DNA of 64,000 nt, taken from assembly GCA_963813245.1 (NCBI GenBank), contig CAWEYE010000005.1, forward strand, positions 114,588 to 178,587, given 5' to 3'. Positions 47,134 through 56,259 of this stretch are shown in pieces (the first letter of the stretch is position 1; the number at the start of each line of letters is the position of its first letter). This DNA comes from an uncultured Actinomycetes bacterium. Lineage in GTDB: Bacteria; Actinomycetota; Thermoleophilia; Gaiellales; JAICJC01. Made by a program: the position numbers and the translations under genes. Under the pieces are notes generated by a model. It was not told the DNA's origin. It was given only the letters and a program-made list of their open reading frames with translations, and searched no databases.

Positions 47134-48292
47134 GTGGCCGGAATCGACCTTCTCAACCTCACGAAGGTGTACGCCAACGGGGTGCGGGCCGTCGACGCGA
47201 TCGACCTCGAGATCCGCGACGGCGAGTTCATGGTGCTCGTCGGCCCGTCCGGCTGCGGCAAGTCGACGCTCCTGCGGATGATCGCCGGGCTCGAGGAGGT
47301 GTCGGAGGGCACGGTGCGGATCGACGACCGCGACGTGACCGCGCTCGCACCGCGGGCGCGCGACATCGCGATGGTGTTCCAGGACTACGCGCTCTACCCG
47401 CACATGACGGTGCGCCAGAACCTGGCGTTCGGGCTCAAGCTGCGCCGGGTGAACCGGCGCGAGATCGAGCAGCGCGTGCAGGCGGTGGCGACGACGCTCG
47501 GCCTGCAGGACTACCTCGCGCGGCGGCCGGCGGCGCTCTCGGGCGGGCAGCGCCAGCGGGTCGCGATCGGCCGCGCGATGGTGCGCGAGCCGAAGGCGTT
47601 CCTGATGGACGAGCCGCTCTCGAACCTCGACGCCAAGCTGCGGGTGACGATGCGGGCCGAGCTCGCCCGGCTGCACGAGCGCCTGGCGGTGACGACGGTC
47701 TACGTCACCCACGACCAGACCGAGGCGATGACGCTCGGGCAGCGGGTCGCCGTGATCCGCGACGGCACGGTGCAGCAGTGCGACACGCCGCAGGAGCTGT
47801 TCGACCGGCCGAACAACCTGTTCGTGGCGGCGTTCATCGGGTCGCCGGCGATGAACCTCGTGGCGGCGACGGTCGACGACACGACGATCCGCTTCGCCGA
47901 CATCGCCCTGCCGCTGGCCGAGGGGGCGGCCGTGCGCGGGCCAGAAACGCGACGTGATCCTCGGGATCCGGCCGACCGACTTCGAGCTCCCCGACCGCGC
48001 CGCCGACCCGGGGCTGCCGCGGATCCGGGTCGCGCCCGAGGTGATCGAGGGCCTCGGGGCCGAGACCAACGTGATCTTCCCGCTGGCGGCGCCGCGGGTC
48101 GACAGCGACACGGTGCGGTCGGCGGCCGAGGGCGGCGACGTGGGCACGCTGCTCGCCGATGACGACCGCGCGCTCTTCACCGCCCGCATCGCCACCCGCA
48201 CGCCGCTCGCCCAGAACGGGCCGATCGAGCTCGTGGTGCACAACGCGAGCCTGCACTTCTTCGACCCGGACACCGGCGCAGCGCTGCGCTGA
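47134..48292 (+). pseudogene. Sugar ABC transporter ATP-binding protein (MalK-like), one apparent +1 insertion at ~47944
   Basis: [34 protein letters not shown]...[14 protein letters not shown] | [15 protein letters not shown]...LHFFDPDTGAAL. GTG start. Confidence 0.85.
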
Positions 48293-48296
48293 ATAC

Positions 48297-48311
48297 CGGT
48301 GCCTGGCACCG
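48297..48311. terminator. Palindrome CGGTGCC-T-GGCACCG just after the ATPase stop, followed by a second GC-rich hairpin
   Basis: 7+1+7 palindrome read directly. A GGTCCCCGGGGCCGGAGACC stem follows at 48317..48336. There is no clear U-tract. Sits between convergent operon ends. Confidence 0.3.
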
Positions 48312-48345
48312 CTTGCGGTCCCCGGGGCCGGAGACCGTGCCGGGA

Positions 48346-48377
48346 ATGAAAAGCTCTAGCATCTAGCATGTCAAGAG
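48346..48377 (-). promoter_or_regulatory. Promoter/operator element copy B: (minus strand) TCTTGACA-N9-GCTAGAGC-t-TTTCAT
   Basis: Same architecture and spacing as copy A (17-nt spacer). It overlaps the stop codon of the muconolactone-isomerase-like gene and points into the 3' end of the convergent ATPase gene. Confidence 0.4.
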
Positions 48378-48652
48378 CCGGACTCGAGCGGGTGCACGGC
48401 GAGAGGCTCCACGCGGACGTCCATGTAGGGCCAGAGCGGCAGCGAGGTCACGGCAGCGTGGAGCTCGGTGGCGTCGGCGGCGCGGTAGAGCGAGATGTTC
48501 GCGAACCGGCCGGGCAGCCGCCAGATGCGCACGAGCAGGCCCTGCTCGATCAGCTCGCGGCCGCGCCGGTGCTCGGCGGCGAGCAGCTCACGGCGCCGGT
48601 CCTCGGGCAGGCCCTCCGGCAGGGTGATGTCGATGTGGACGAGGAACTCCAT
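48371..48652 (-). CDS. Muconolactone delta-isomerase family protein
   Basis: MEFLVHIDITLPEGLP...GLLVRIWRLPGRFANISLYRAADATELHAAVTSLPLWPYMDVRVEPLAVHPLE matches the family pattern end to end (93 aa). Confidence 0.75.
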   Translation of the reverse strand: MEFLVHIDITLPEGLPEDRRRELLAAEHRRGRELIEQGLLVRIWRLPGRFANISLYRAADATELHAAVTSLPLWPYMDVRVEPLAVHPLESGS

Positions 48653-48654
48653 CG

Positions 48655-49644
48655 TCACCCCGCCGCCCGGCCGGCCTCGGCGTAGGCGGGGTTCACAATC
48701 GCCGCGACCGGCCTTCCGGCCAGGAAGTCGATGGCCTGACGGGTGGCGAGCACGGGCAGGTCGGCCAGGGCCGCGGCCGAGTACCAGGCGGCATGCGGGC
48801 TGAGCGTGACCGTGGGCAGCTCCCGCAGCGGGCTCTCCGCCGGCGGCGGCTCGGCCTCGAACACGTCCAGCCCCGCCCCGGCCAGATGGCCGGCGTGCAG
48901 GGCATCGGCCAGTGCGCGCTCGTCGACGAGCCCGCCGCGGCAGGTGTTGACCAGGCGCGCCCCGCGGCGCATGGCGGCGATCGCCGCAGCGTCGATCATG
49001 TGCTGCGTGTCGGCGGTCAGCGGCAGGTGCAGCGTGAGGATGTCGGCGCCGCCGAGCGCCTCCGCCAGCGTCGCGGGCGTCAGGCCGTCGTCGCGGATCC
49101 GCCGCTCGCTCACGTAGCGGTCGTGCACGAGCACCCGGAAGCCGGTCGCCCGCAGCGCCGCCGCAACCCGCACGCCGATCCGGCCGTAGCCGATGACCGC
49201 GACGGTGCTCGTCGAAGGCCGGGCGGCATCGGGATACGAGGCCGGCGCCGCCCACCGGCCGGCGCGCACCGCCCCGTCGAGCGCGCGCACGCCCCGGGCC
49301 TGGTCAAGCACGAGCGCCAGGGTGTGGCAGGCGACCTCCTCGATGCAGTAGTCCGGCGTGTTGGCGACGGCGACTCCGCGCTCGGTGGCCGCCTCGACGT
49401 CGATCATGTCGTAGCCGATGCCGAGCCGGCTGATCATGCGCAGGCCCGGCATGGCGTCGAGCACGCGGGCCGAGACGGGCGCCCACTGCACGATCAGCGC
49501 GTCCGCCCCCGCGCACTGGTCGATCACGTCCTGCTCGCTGCGGCAGTCCGCCCTGCGCGCCTGCAAGCCCGCCTCATCTAGCAGCCGCTCCTCGGCGCCG
49601 TCCGAAGGCAGGTCGGAGTCCGTGACCACGACGAGCGGGCTCAT
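48655..49644 (-). CDS. D-isomer-specific 2-hydroxyacid dehydrogenase (PGDH-like)
   Basis: VAVIGYGRIGVRVA NAD motif, NTCRGGLVDE, and LDVFEAEP...PHAAWYS. Start taken at ATG 49644. Confidence 0.88.
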   Translation of the reverse strand: MSPLVVVTDSDLPSDGAEERLLDEAGLQARRADCRSEQDVIDQCAGADALIVQWAPVSARVLDAMPGLRMISRLGIGYDMIDVEAATERGVAVANTPDYCIEEVACHTLALVLDQARGVRALDGAVRAGRWAAPASYPDAARPSTSTVAVIGYGRIGVRVAAALRATGFRVLVHDRYVSERRIRDDGLTPATLAEALGGADILTLHLPLTADTQHMIDAAAIAAMRRGARLVNTCRGGLVDERALADALHAGHLAGAGLDVFEAEPPPAESPLRELPTVTLSPHAAWYSAAALADLPVLATRQAIDFLAGRPVAAIVNPAYAEAGRAAG

Positions 49645-50324
49645 GCCGGATCCTCGGGCACACCGGCCAGCGAGCGCTCGATCCGGTGCGCGGCGACCTG
49701 GATGTGGCGCGCCATCTCGGCCTGGGCCCGCTCGGGATCGCCGCCGGCGATGGCGTCGACAAGGTCGACGTGGCTTGCGGCGTGGGCGCGCAGCTCGTGG
49801 GCGGGCAGGCTGCGCGTCGCCGCCCGCAAGAACGCGGCCACCCGGCCGCGCACCTGCGCAGCCACCTCGTTCAGCAGCGAGTGGTCGGAGATCTCCCACA
49901 AGAGGCCGTGGAACTCCTGGTCGAGCTCAACCAGCGCGTCGACGCCGCCCGCGTCGGCCGCGTCGGCCATGCGCGCGGCGATCGACCGCAGCCGGGCCTC
50001 GGCCGCGGGCGTCAGCCGCTCCTGGGCGCGGCGCACGACAAACCCCTCGAGCACGATGCGAAGCGACGAGATCTCGGCCAGCCCGACCGGCGTCAACCCC
50101 GCCACCCACGCACCCCGGCGTGGGATCCGCTGCACCAGGCCCTCGTCGGCCAGCCGCGCGAGCGCCTCACGGACGGGGATGTGCGAGACGCCGAGCTGGC
50201 CTGCGATCGTGCGCTCCACGAGCTTCGTGCCGGGCCGGTAGACGCCGTCCTGGATCGCGGCGCGCACGCTCTCGGCGACCCGGTCGGACAGGCTGTGGTC
50301 GCGGAGTCGCTCGAGCTCGGTCAT
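49641..50324 (-). CDS. GntR family transcriptional regulator (FCD domain)
   Basis: LSDRVAESVRAAIQDGVYRPGTKLVERTIAGQLGVSHIPVREALARLADEGLV plus an FCD domain. Start taken at MTELERL (the track ORF extends to 50360). Confidence 0.85.
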   Translation of the reverse strand: MTELERLRDHSLSDRVAESVRAAIQDGVYRPGTKLVERTIAGQLGVSHIPVREALARLADEGLVQRIPRRGAWVAGLTPVGLAEISSLRIVLEGFVVRRAQERLTPAAEARLRSIAARMADAADAGGVDALVELDQEFHGLLWEISDHSLLNEVAAQVRGRVAAFLRAATRSLPAHELRAHAASHVDLVDAIAGGDPERAQAEMARHIQVAAHRIERSLAGVPEDPA

Positions 50325-50328
50325 CGCC

Positions 50329-51081
50329 TCAGACGATCCAGCCCTGCGCCGACCAGCCACCGTCGACCCGCAGCGTCGTGCCCGTTACGAACGAGGAGTC
50401 CTCGTCGTCGGCCAGGTAGGCGACCGCGCGGGCGATCTCGTCCGGCTCCCCGAAGCGGTGCATCGGCGTGCGGTTGTGGTAGCGCTCGACGTCGATTACG
50501 CCATCGTCGATGCCCTTCTGGACGAGCGCGGTGCGGGTGACGCCGGGGGCGACCGCGTTCACGCGCACGCCGCGGCCGGCCCACTCGATCGCGAGCACCT
50601 CGGTCATCGCGACGACGGCCGCCTTGGCCGCGCAGTAGGCCAGGCGCATCGGGAACGCGTCCCACGCGTTGATCGAGCTGATGTTGACGATCACGCCCGA
50701 GCCGCGCTCGAGCATGTGCCGCCCGACCGCCTGCGAGCACAGAAAGACGCCGGTCTGCATGATGCCGATCGAGGTGTCCCAGTCAGCGTCCGAGTACGTC
50801 TCCGACGGCCCGGCGATGGCCACGCCGGCGTTGTTCACGAGCACGTCGATGCGGCCGTGGCGCGTGAGCGTCTCCGCCGCCGCGGCCTCGACGGCGGGAC
50901 GGCTGGACACGTCGCACGCATGCGCGCTGCCCGCGAGCGCCTCGGCGGCAGCGGCGGCGACCTGCGCGTCGACGTCCCAGACGGCGACGGTCGCGCCGGC
51001 CGCGTGGAAGCGGCGGCCGATCGCCTCGCCGATGCCGCGGCCGCCGCCGGTGACGACGCAGACCTTGCCGGCCAGGCTCAC
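50329..51081 (-). CDS. SDR family oxidoreductase
   Basis: TGGGRGIGEA, NNAG, and the YCAAK catalytic motif. 250 aa. Confidence 0.9.
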   Translation of the reverse strand: MSLAGKVCVVTGGGRGIGEAIGRRFHAAGATVAVWDVDAQVAAAAAEALAGSAHACDVSSRPAVEAAAAETLTRHGRIDVLVNNAGVAIAGPSETYSDADWDTSIGIMQTGVFLCSQAVGRHMLERGSGVIVNISSINAWDAFPMRLAYCAAKAAVVAMTEVLAIEWAGRGVRVNAVAPGVTRTALVQKGIDDGVIDVERYHNRTPMHRFGEPDEIARAVAYLADDEDSSFVTGTTLRVDGGWSAQGWIV

Positions 51082-51554
51082 CGGGCACCGGCCGCGGGCG
51101 GAGGGGCGAAGAGCTCACAGACGTGCCCGTCGGGGTCGCGCACGTACACGCACCGGCCGCCGGCGTTGGCCCCGGTGTCGACATCCGCCGGCGGGCCGAG
51201 CGGCGTGCCGCCGGCGGCGACGAGCCGCTCGAGCAGGCCGTCGACGTCCGGGCAGGCCACGCAGATGTGGCTGAAGCCGACGTCGGCCGGGCGCCCGCTC
51301 ACATGGCCGCCCGGCGGCTGCACGTATTCGAAGAGCTCGATCCGGGGGCCGCCGCCGGGGAACTCCAGGTGCACCATGCGCACATGTGCGCCCGGCTCGC
51401 GCACAATCGCCTCCAGATAGCCGCCCCGCTTCTCCTGGCTCATCGCCTCGCGCATCCCCAGGGCGTCGCGCCAGAACAGGAGCGACCGGTCGAGGTCGGA
51501 GACCGTCAGGCCGGTGTGGACGATCGCCGTCGCCGGCGGGCGCTCGCCGCTCAT
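51078..51554 (-). CDS. VOC (glyoxalase/bleomycin resistance/dioxygenase) family protein
   Basis: HTGLTVSDLDRSLLFWRDALGM...FSHICVACPDVDG...VYVRDPDGHVCEL. Confidence 0.8.
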   Translation of the reverse strand: MSGERPPATAIVHTGLTVSDLDRSLLFWRDALGMREAMSQEKRGGYLEAIVREPGAHVRMVHLEFPGGGPRIELFEYVQPPGGHVSGRPADVGFSHICVACPDVDGLLERLVAAGGTPLGPPADVDTGANAGGRCVYVRDPDGHVCELFAPPPAAGAR

Positions 51555-52657
51555 GCCGCCTCCGTCCCCGGATCGGCGGCGAGGCCGAGCGGATGGCGCG
51601 AGAGCACCCGGCAGCCGTCGGCGGTCACGACCGCCACGACCTCGACGCGTACACCGATGCCACCACGGTAGGCGCCGGGCTCGAGCGCGACGACCATCCC
51701 CGGCTCGAGCACGGTCGCGCTCTCGGGGACGATGCGCGGCTCCTCGTGCCAGCCGAACCCGAGGCCGTGGCCGGTGTGGTGCGGATAGGAGTGGCCGGCC
51801 GCCTCGACCTCGCCGCGGACGGTGCGGTCGACGTCACCGGCGACGGCGCCCGGGCGCAGCGCGCCCAGGCCGGTTGCGAGCGCGCTCGAGGCCAGGGCGT
51901 GCATCTGCACCGCCGCGGGCGGCGGCTCGCCGAGCGCCCAGGTGGCGCAGGAGTCGCCCCAGATCCCGTTCAGGCGCGGGACGATGTCGGCCAGGACCAG
52001 GTCGCCCGGCCGCAGCGCGCGCGGCACCGGCGGGCCGCCGATGTCCTCGGTGCGAGGGCCGCTCAGAAGGTCGGCGATCACCGTCGTGCGCGCGCCCGCC
52101 GCCGCCTCGATCGCTGCGCTCACCGCCGCCCACAGCTCGAGCTCCGAGGCGCCCTCGCGGGTGGCGGCCCGGGCCGCCGCGTGGCCGGCCTCGCACAGCC
52201 GCAGCGCCGCCTCGACCGCCTCCACCTCGGCCGGAGTCTTGCGGGCAGGCAGCATGGCCAGCCCGGCGAGCGGCGCGGCGACGGCGCCGGCGATGCCCGG
52301 CATGAGCCCCGCCGGCACGCTCGCACCGTCGACCAGCGTGCGCGCGGCGCTCGTGCCGGCGGCCGCCATCGCCGCACCCAGCGCCGCGGCCGCCCCGGCG
52401 AGCGGGTCAAGCGGCGCCGTCGTGAAGCCCTCGTAGAGGTGTGTGTGCTCGCCTGCGGGCGCCTCATCGACCGAGCACACGAGCTGGGCGGACGCCGCGC
52501 GCGCGGCCACGGCCAGCGCCGGCAGCTGGAACGGCGAGGGGCCGAAACCGACCTCGCCGGCGTGCCCCGTCAGCATGCGCACGAGGCCCGGATCGGCGGT
52601 CACGAGCGCGTCGGCGGCGCACGCGTCGAGGTAGGCCTCAAGGCGCGGATCGGCCAC
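51551..52657 (-). CDS. M24 family metallopeptidase (Xaa-Pro peptidase/creatinase fold)
   Basis: HHTGHGLGFGWHEEPRIV...VVALEPGAY...VRVEVVAVVT, the metal-ligand pattern of M24. Confidence 0.85.
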   Translation of the reverse strand: MADPRLEAYLDACAADALVTADPGLVRMLTGHAGEVGFGPSPFQLPALAVAARAASAQLVCSVDEAPAGEHTHLYEGFTTAPLDPLAGAAAALGAAMAAAGTSAARTLVDGASVPAGLMPGIAGAVAAPLAGLAMLPARKTPAEVEAVEAALRLCEAGHAAARAATREGASELELWAAVSAAIEAAAGARTTVIADLLSGPRTEDIGGPPVPRALRPGDLVLADIVPRLNGIWGDSCATWALGEPPPAAVQMHALASSALATGLGALRPGAVAGDVDRTVRGEVEAAGHSYPHHTGHGLGFGWHEEPRIVPESATVLEPGMVVALEPGAYRGGIGVRVEVVAVVTADGCRVLSRHPLGLAADPGTEAA

Positions 52658-52658
52658 C

Positions 52659-53396
52659 CTAGAACCCCACCGTCAGCGCGCCGTCGGCGACGATCCGCGC
52701 TCCGCTCACGTAGGAGTTCTCGGCCGAGAGCAGGAACGCGACCACGGCCGCCATCTCGTCCGGCTCCGCCGCTCGCCCGACGGGCAGCCGCCCGCTCTCG
52801 ACGTAGCCGGTGCGGAACCAGTCGGTCTCGAGCTCGTCCTGCCCGTCGACGACCGACATCCGCGTGCGCACGAAGCCGGGGGCGATGCTGTTGACGAGCA
52901 CGCCGCGGGAGCCGAGCTCGATCGCGAGCGTGCGCGTGGCCGCATCCAGGCCGCCCTTCGCCGCGTCATAGCTGAGCGCCGTGCGCTCGCTGTGGGTGGC
53001 GTGGATCGAGGTCACATTGACGATCCGCCCGCCGCCGTGGGCGGCCATGTGCAGGCCGGCCGCGCGGGCGAGCCAGATCGGGCCGTCGAGCATGACGCCG
53101 AGCTGGCGCCGGTAGGCGGCGACGGTGAGGTCGGCCACCGCCTCGGGGACGAAGATGCCGGCCACGTTCACGAGCCCCCAGATGCGGCCGTGCTCGGCGG
53201 CGATGGCCGCGATCAGCGCCTCGTGGCCGTCGATGTCGGCCACGTCCACCTCGAGCGACGGCGTAAACGTGCACGCCTCGACGTCGAGGCCGATCACGAG
53301 CCGGCCGTCGGCCTGCAGGCGCCGGGCCACGGCCGCGCCGATGCCGTTTCCGGCGCCGGTGACGACAACCGCTCCCGATCCCGAACCTGGCCCCAT
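52659..53396 (-). CDS. SDR family oxidoreductase
   Basis: TGAGNGIGAA and the YDAAK catalytic motif. First gene of a 7-gene overlapping operon. Confidence 0.88.
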   Translation of the reverse strand: MGPGSGSGAVVVTGAGNGIGAAVARRLQADGRLVIGLDVEACTFTPSLEVDVADIDGHEALIAAIAAEHGRIWGLVNVAGIFVPEAVADLTVAAYRRQLGVMLDGPIWLARAAGLHMAAHGGGRIVNVTSIHATHSERTALSYDAAKGGLDAATRTLAIELGSRGVLVNSIAPGFVRTRMSVVDGQDELETDWFRTGYVESGRLPVGRAAEPDEMAAVVAFLLSAENSYVSGARIVADGALTVGF

Positions 53397-53406
53397 GCTG
53401 GCGAAG

Positions 53407-53438
53407 AGTAAAGCGCTATAGCGTATAGCTCGTCAAGC
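53407..53438 (-). promoter_or_regulatory. Promoter/operator element copy C: (minus strand) CTTGACG-N9-GCTATAGC-gc-TTTACT
   Basis: 18-nt spacer, with the palindrome CGCTATAGCG (53414..53423). The -10-like box ends ~11 nt before ATG 53396, implying a near-leaderless transcript. Confidence 0.5.
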
Positions 53439-53459
53439 CCGAGCCGCTGCGAAGCGCCG

Positions 53460-54212
53460 CTACTGGATCGTGTAGCCGCCGTCGACGATCAACGTCTGCC
53501 CCGTCATCCACGCGCTGTCATCGCAGAGCAGGAACACGGCCGGGCCGCCCATGTCATCGGGCGCGCCGATCCGGCGCAGCGGGTGGCGGGCGGCGATCGC
53601 GTCGATCTGGTCGTCGAAGTCCGGCCGGTTGACGTAGGCGAGCGGCGTTCGCACCACCCCCGGCGCGAGCACGTTCACGCGCACGCCGCTCGGCCCGGCG
53701 TCGGCGGCGAGCGCGCGGGCGAGCGCGGTGACACCGCCCTTCGCGGCCGTGTAGGCGGCATAGCCGGGGGCGCCGATGTGGGCCAGCTGGCTGCCCACCA
53801 GCACGAACGAGCCCGCCCCCGCCGCCATCATGGGCCGCAGCGCCGCCCGCGCCACCCGCAGCGTCGCGCCGAGGTTCGCATCGAGGAACGCGCGCAGCTC
53901 CGCGTCGCCGCTCTCGCGCAGGTCCTCGCCCCGCCACACCGTCCCGGCGGCGTGGACGACCCCGTCCACGCGCCCGATGCGCGCGACCGCCGCGGCGATC
54001 ATGGCCTCGGGAGCGCCGGGGGTGAGCAGATCGGCGGCGTGGGCGTGCACCGCCCCCTCCGGCGCCTCGGCCACGAGCTCCCGCAGCGCATCCTCGCGAC
54101 GGCCGGACGCGAGCACCTGCGCACCTTCCCGCGCGCACCGAAGCGCGATCGCGCGCCCGATCCCGGACGACGCGCCGGTCACCACCACGCCTCGGCCTGC
54201 GAGCCTGCTCAC
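53460..54212 (-). CDS. SDR family oxidoreductase
   Basis: TGASSGIGRA and YTAAK. 250 aa. Confidence 0.9.
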   Translation of the reverse strand: MSRLAGRGVVVTGASSGIGRAIALRCAREGAQVLASGRREDALRELVAEAPEGAVHAHAADLLTPGAPEAMIAAAVARIGRVDGVVHAAGTVWRGEDLRESGDAELRAFLDANLGATLRVARAALRPMMAAGAGSFVLVGSQLAHIGAPGYAAYTAAKGGVTALARALAADAGPSGVRVNVLAPGVVRTPLAYVNRPDFDDQIDAIAARHPLRRIGAPDDMGGPAVFLLCDDSAWMTGQTLIVDGGYTIQ

Positions 54213-54271
54213 GACGGCGTAAGCATACGGTCGCGTGCCGCGGCGGCGCCGGCCCTCTATGATCGCCGGCC

Positions 54272-55006
54272 GTGAGCCCGTTCGATCCGCTGGACGTGCA
54301 GAGCACGCCGCACCTGGCGCCGCTCGTGCCGGTGCTGCCCATCCGTCTGCGCCGGACCGAGATCCTCACGATCGTCTACCGCACCGACCGCGCAGCCGCC
54401 GACGCGCTCATCCCGGCGCCGCTCGAGCTCACCGGCGACCTGTGCATCGCGCACGTCTACAAGATGCACGATGCAGAGTGGTTCGGCGTCTACTGCGAGT
54501 CGGCCTTCCAGATACCGGTGCGCCTGCCCGACGGCCGGCCCGCCGTCTACTCGCCGTTCCTCGTGCTCGAGTCTGACGGCGCCGTGGCCGCCGGCAGGGA
54601 GACCTACGGGCAGCCGAAGAAGGCGGGGCAGGTCTCGCTCGAACCGGCCGGCGACCTGCTGGTCGGCCGGATCGGCCGAAACGGCATCGACGTCGCCACG
54701 GCGACGATGTGCTGGAAGCAGACGCCCGCGGCGTCCGCCGACCTCGAGCGGCTGGTGCCGGGATCCGGCCTGAACGTGAACCTGCGCGTGCGCCAGGAGG
54801 AGGCCGGACGGGTGAGCCGCGAGCTGGTCGTGCGCTCGTTCACGGACGTCGTCGAGCACGAGGCGTGGACCGGCCCGGGCACGCTCGAGCTGCGCCCGAA
54901 CGCCCAGCTGCCCGTGCACGTGCTCGCGGTGGGAGCGGTCGAGCTCGCGCTTCACCGCATGTGCGACCTGACCCTCGCACCGGGCGCCGTCGTACACCGC
55001 TACTAG
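54272..55006 (+). CDS. Acetoacetate decarboxylase (ADC) family protein
   Basis: AGRETYGQPKK motif and overall ADC-like length. TATGAT sits 9 nt before GTG 54272, suggesting a leaderless transcript. Confidence 0.82.
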   Translation: MSPFDPLDVQSTPHLAPLVPVLPIRLRRTEILTIVYRTDRAAADALIPAPLELTGDLCIAHVYKMHDAEWFGVYCESAFQIPVRLPDGRPAVYSPFLVLESDGAVAAGRETYGQPKKAGQVSLEPAGDLLVGRIGRNGIDVATATMCWKQTPAASADLERLVPGSGLNVNLRVRQEEAGRVSRELVVRSFTDVVEHEAWTGPGTLELRPNAQLPVHVLAVGAVELALHRMCDLTLAPGAVVHRY

Positions 55007-55091
55007 CCGGTGGACGGCGTGAGGCTGCGCGCCGAGATCGAGGCGGCTGGGAGCTCGACCGCGGCTACATCGAGCGGTACCGGCTCGACCG

Positions 55092-56213
55092 CTAGCGGTA
55101 GCGCAGCCGCTCGACCAGCTCGTCGTTCAGCCGGATGCCGAGCCCCGGGCCGGCGGGAACGGCCACGCGGCCCTCGCCGTCGAGCGCGAACGGCTCGGTC
55201 AGCAGGCCGTTCACGAGCGGCGAGTCGGCGACCGAGAACTCCGAGTACGTGGCGCCCGCGATCGCCGCGGTGAAGTGCAGCGACGCGGCGACCAGGATCC
55301 CCGTCGAGAAGCAGTGCGGCACCACCTCGGTGCCGGTGGCCGCGGCCATCTCGGCGATCTGGCGGCCCACGGTGAACCCGCCGCAGCGGGCCAGGTCGGG
55401 CTGGAGCACGTCGACGTGGCCGAGCTCGACGAGCGCCCGGTAGGCGCGCAGGCCGGAGTCGGCCTCGCCGGCGGCGATCCGCACGGCCACCGCGTCGGAG
55501 AGCCGCCGATAGCCGTCGTAGTCGTCGGCCAGAAGCGGCTCCTCGAGCCAGTGGATCCCGAACGGCTCGAGCTCGCGCACGAGCTGGATCGCGCGCTTGA
55601 CCGAGTAGGCCATGCCACCGTCGATCATGAGCGCGCGCTTCGGCCCGAGCTCCTCGCGGGCCGCCGCCACGAGCTCGACGTCACGCTCGAGGCTCGCCCC
55701 CAGCGGCCCCCAGCCCAGCTTGAGCGCCCGGTAGCCGGCCGCGACCGCGCGGCGGGCGATGGCGCGCACCTCCTCGGGCGACTCCGGCATCACCTCGCTC
55801 GCGTACACCGGCATGGCCTCGGCGCGGCGCCCGCCGAGCAGCGCCGACACCGGCACGCCCGCCGCCTGCCCGGCGATGTCCCAGAGGGCGATGTCGATCG
55901 CGCTCATCGCGTGCAGGGCGGCGCCCGCCCGGCCGTAGTGGTAGGAGCCCCAGTACATGCGATCCCAGAGCTCGCCGACGCGGGCCGGATCCTGGCCGAT
56001 CAGGAGCTCCCCGAGGCCGCGGGCGACGGCGTGCGACGACGGCATCTCGACGATCGTGCGGGCGATATAGGGGGACGTGTCGGCCTCGCCGATCCCGACC
56101 AGACCCTCATCGGTGTGCACGCGCACGACGAAGGCGTCCTGCGTGCCGTCGGCGCGGGTCGTGTCGACCTGGTCGAGGCGCAGGATGATCGGTTCGATCG
56201 CGGTGATCTGCAT
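55092..56213 (-). CDS. Mandelate racemase/muconate lactonizing enzyme family (enolase superfamily)
   Basis: MQITAIEPIILRL...GIGEADTSP...KLGWGPLG...MIDGGMAY...WLEEPL...AAGEAD. Start taken at ATG 56213. Confidence 0.88.
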   Translation of the reverse strand: MQITAIEPIILRLDQVDTTRADGTQDAFVVRVHTDEGLVGIGEADTSPYIARTIVEMPSSHAVARGLGELLIGQDPARVGELWDRMYWGSYHYGRAGAALHAMSAIDIALWDIAGQAAGVPVSALLGGRRAEAMPVYASEVMPESPEEVRAIARRAVAAGYRALKLGWGPLGASLERDVELVAAAREELGPKRALMIDGGMAYSVKRAIQLVRELEPFGIHWLEEPLLADDYDGYRRLSDAVAVRIAAGEADSGLRAYRALVELGHVDVLQPDLARCGGFTVGRQIAEMAAATGTEVVPHCFSTGILVAASLHFTAAIAGATYSEFSVADSPLVNGLLTEPFALDGEGRVAVPAGPGLGIRLNDELVERLRYR

Positions 56214-56259
56214 GAGCGCGGGCGCCCGCCCGAGCGGGCCGTGCGATGATACCGACCTC

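Noticed and set aside
55088-55099. 12-bp palindrome ACCGCTAGCGGT overlapping the MR/MLE stop codon, with nearby GCTCGACCGC repeats
   Set aside because: Most simply part of a convergent-terminator region. There is no U-tract or second copy to suggest a specific regulatory role.
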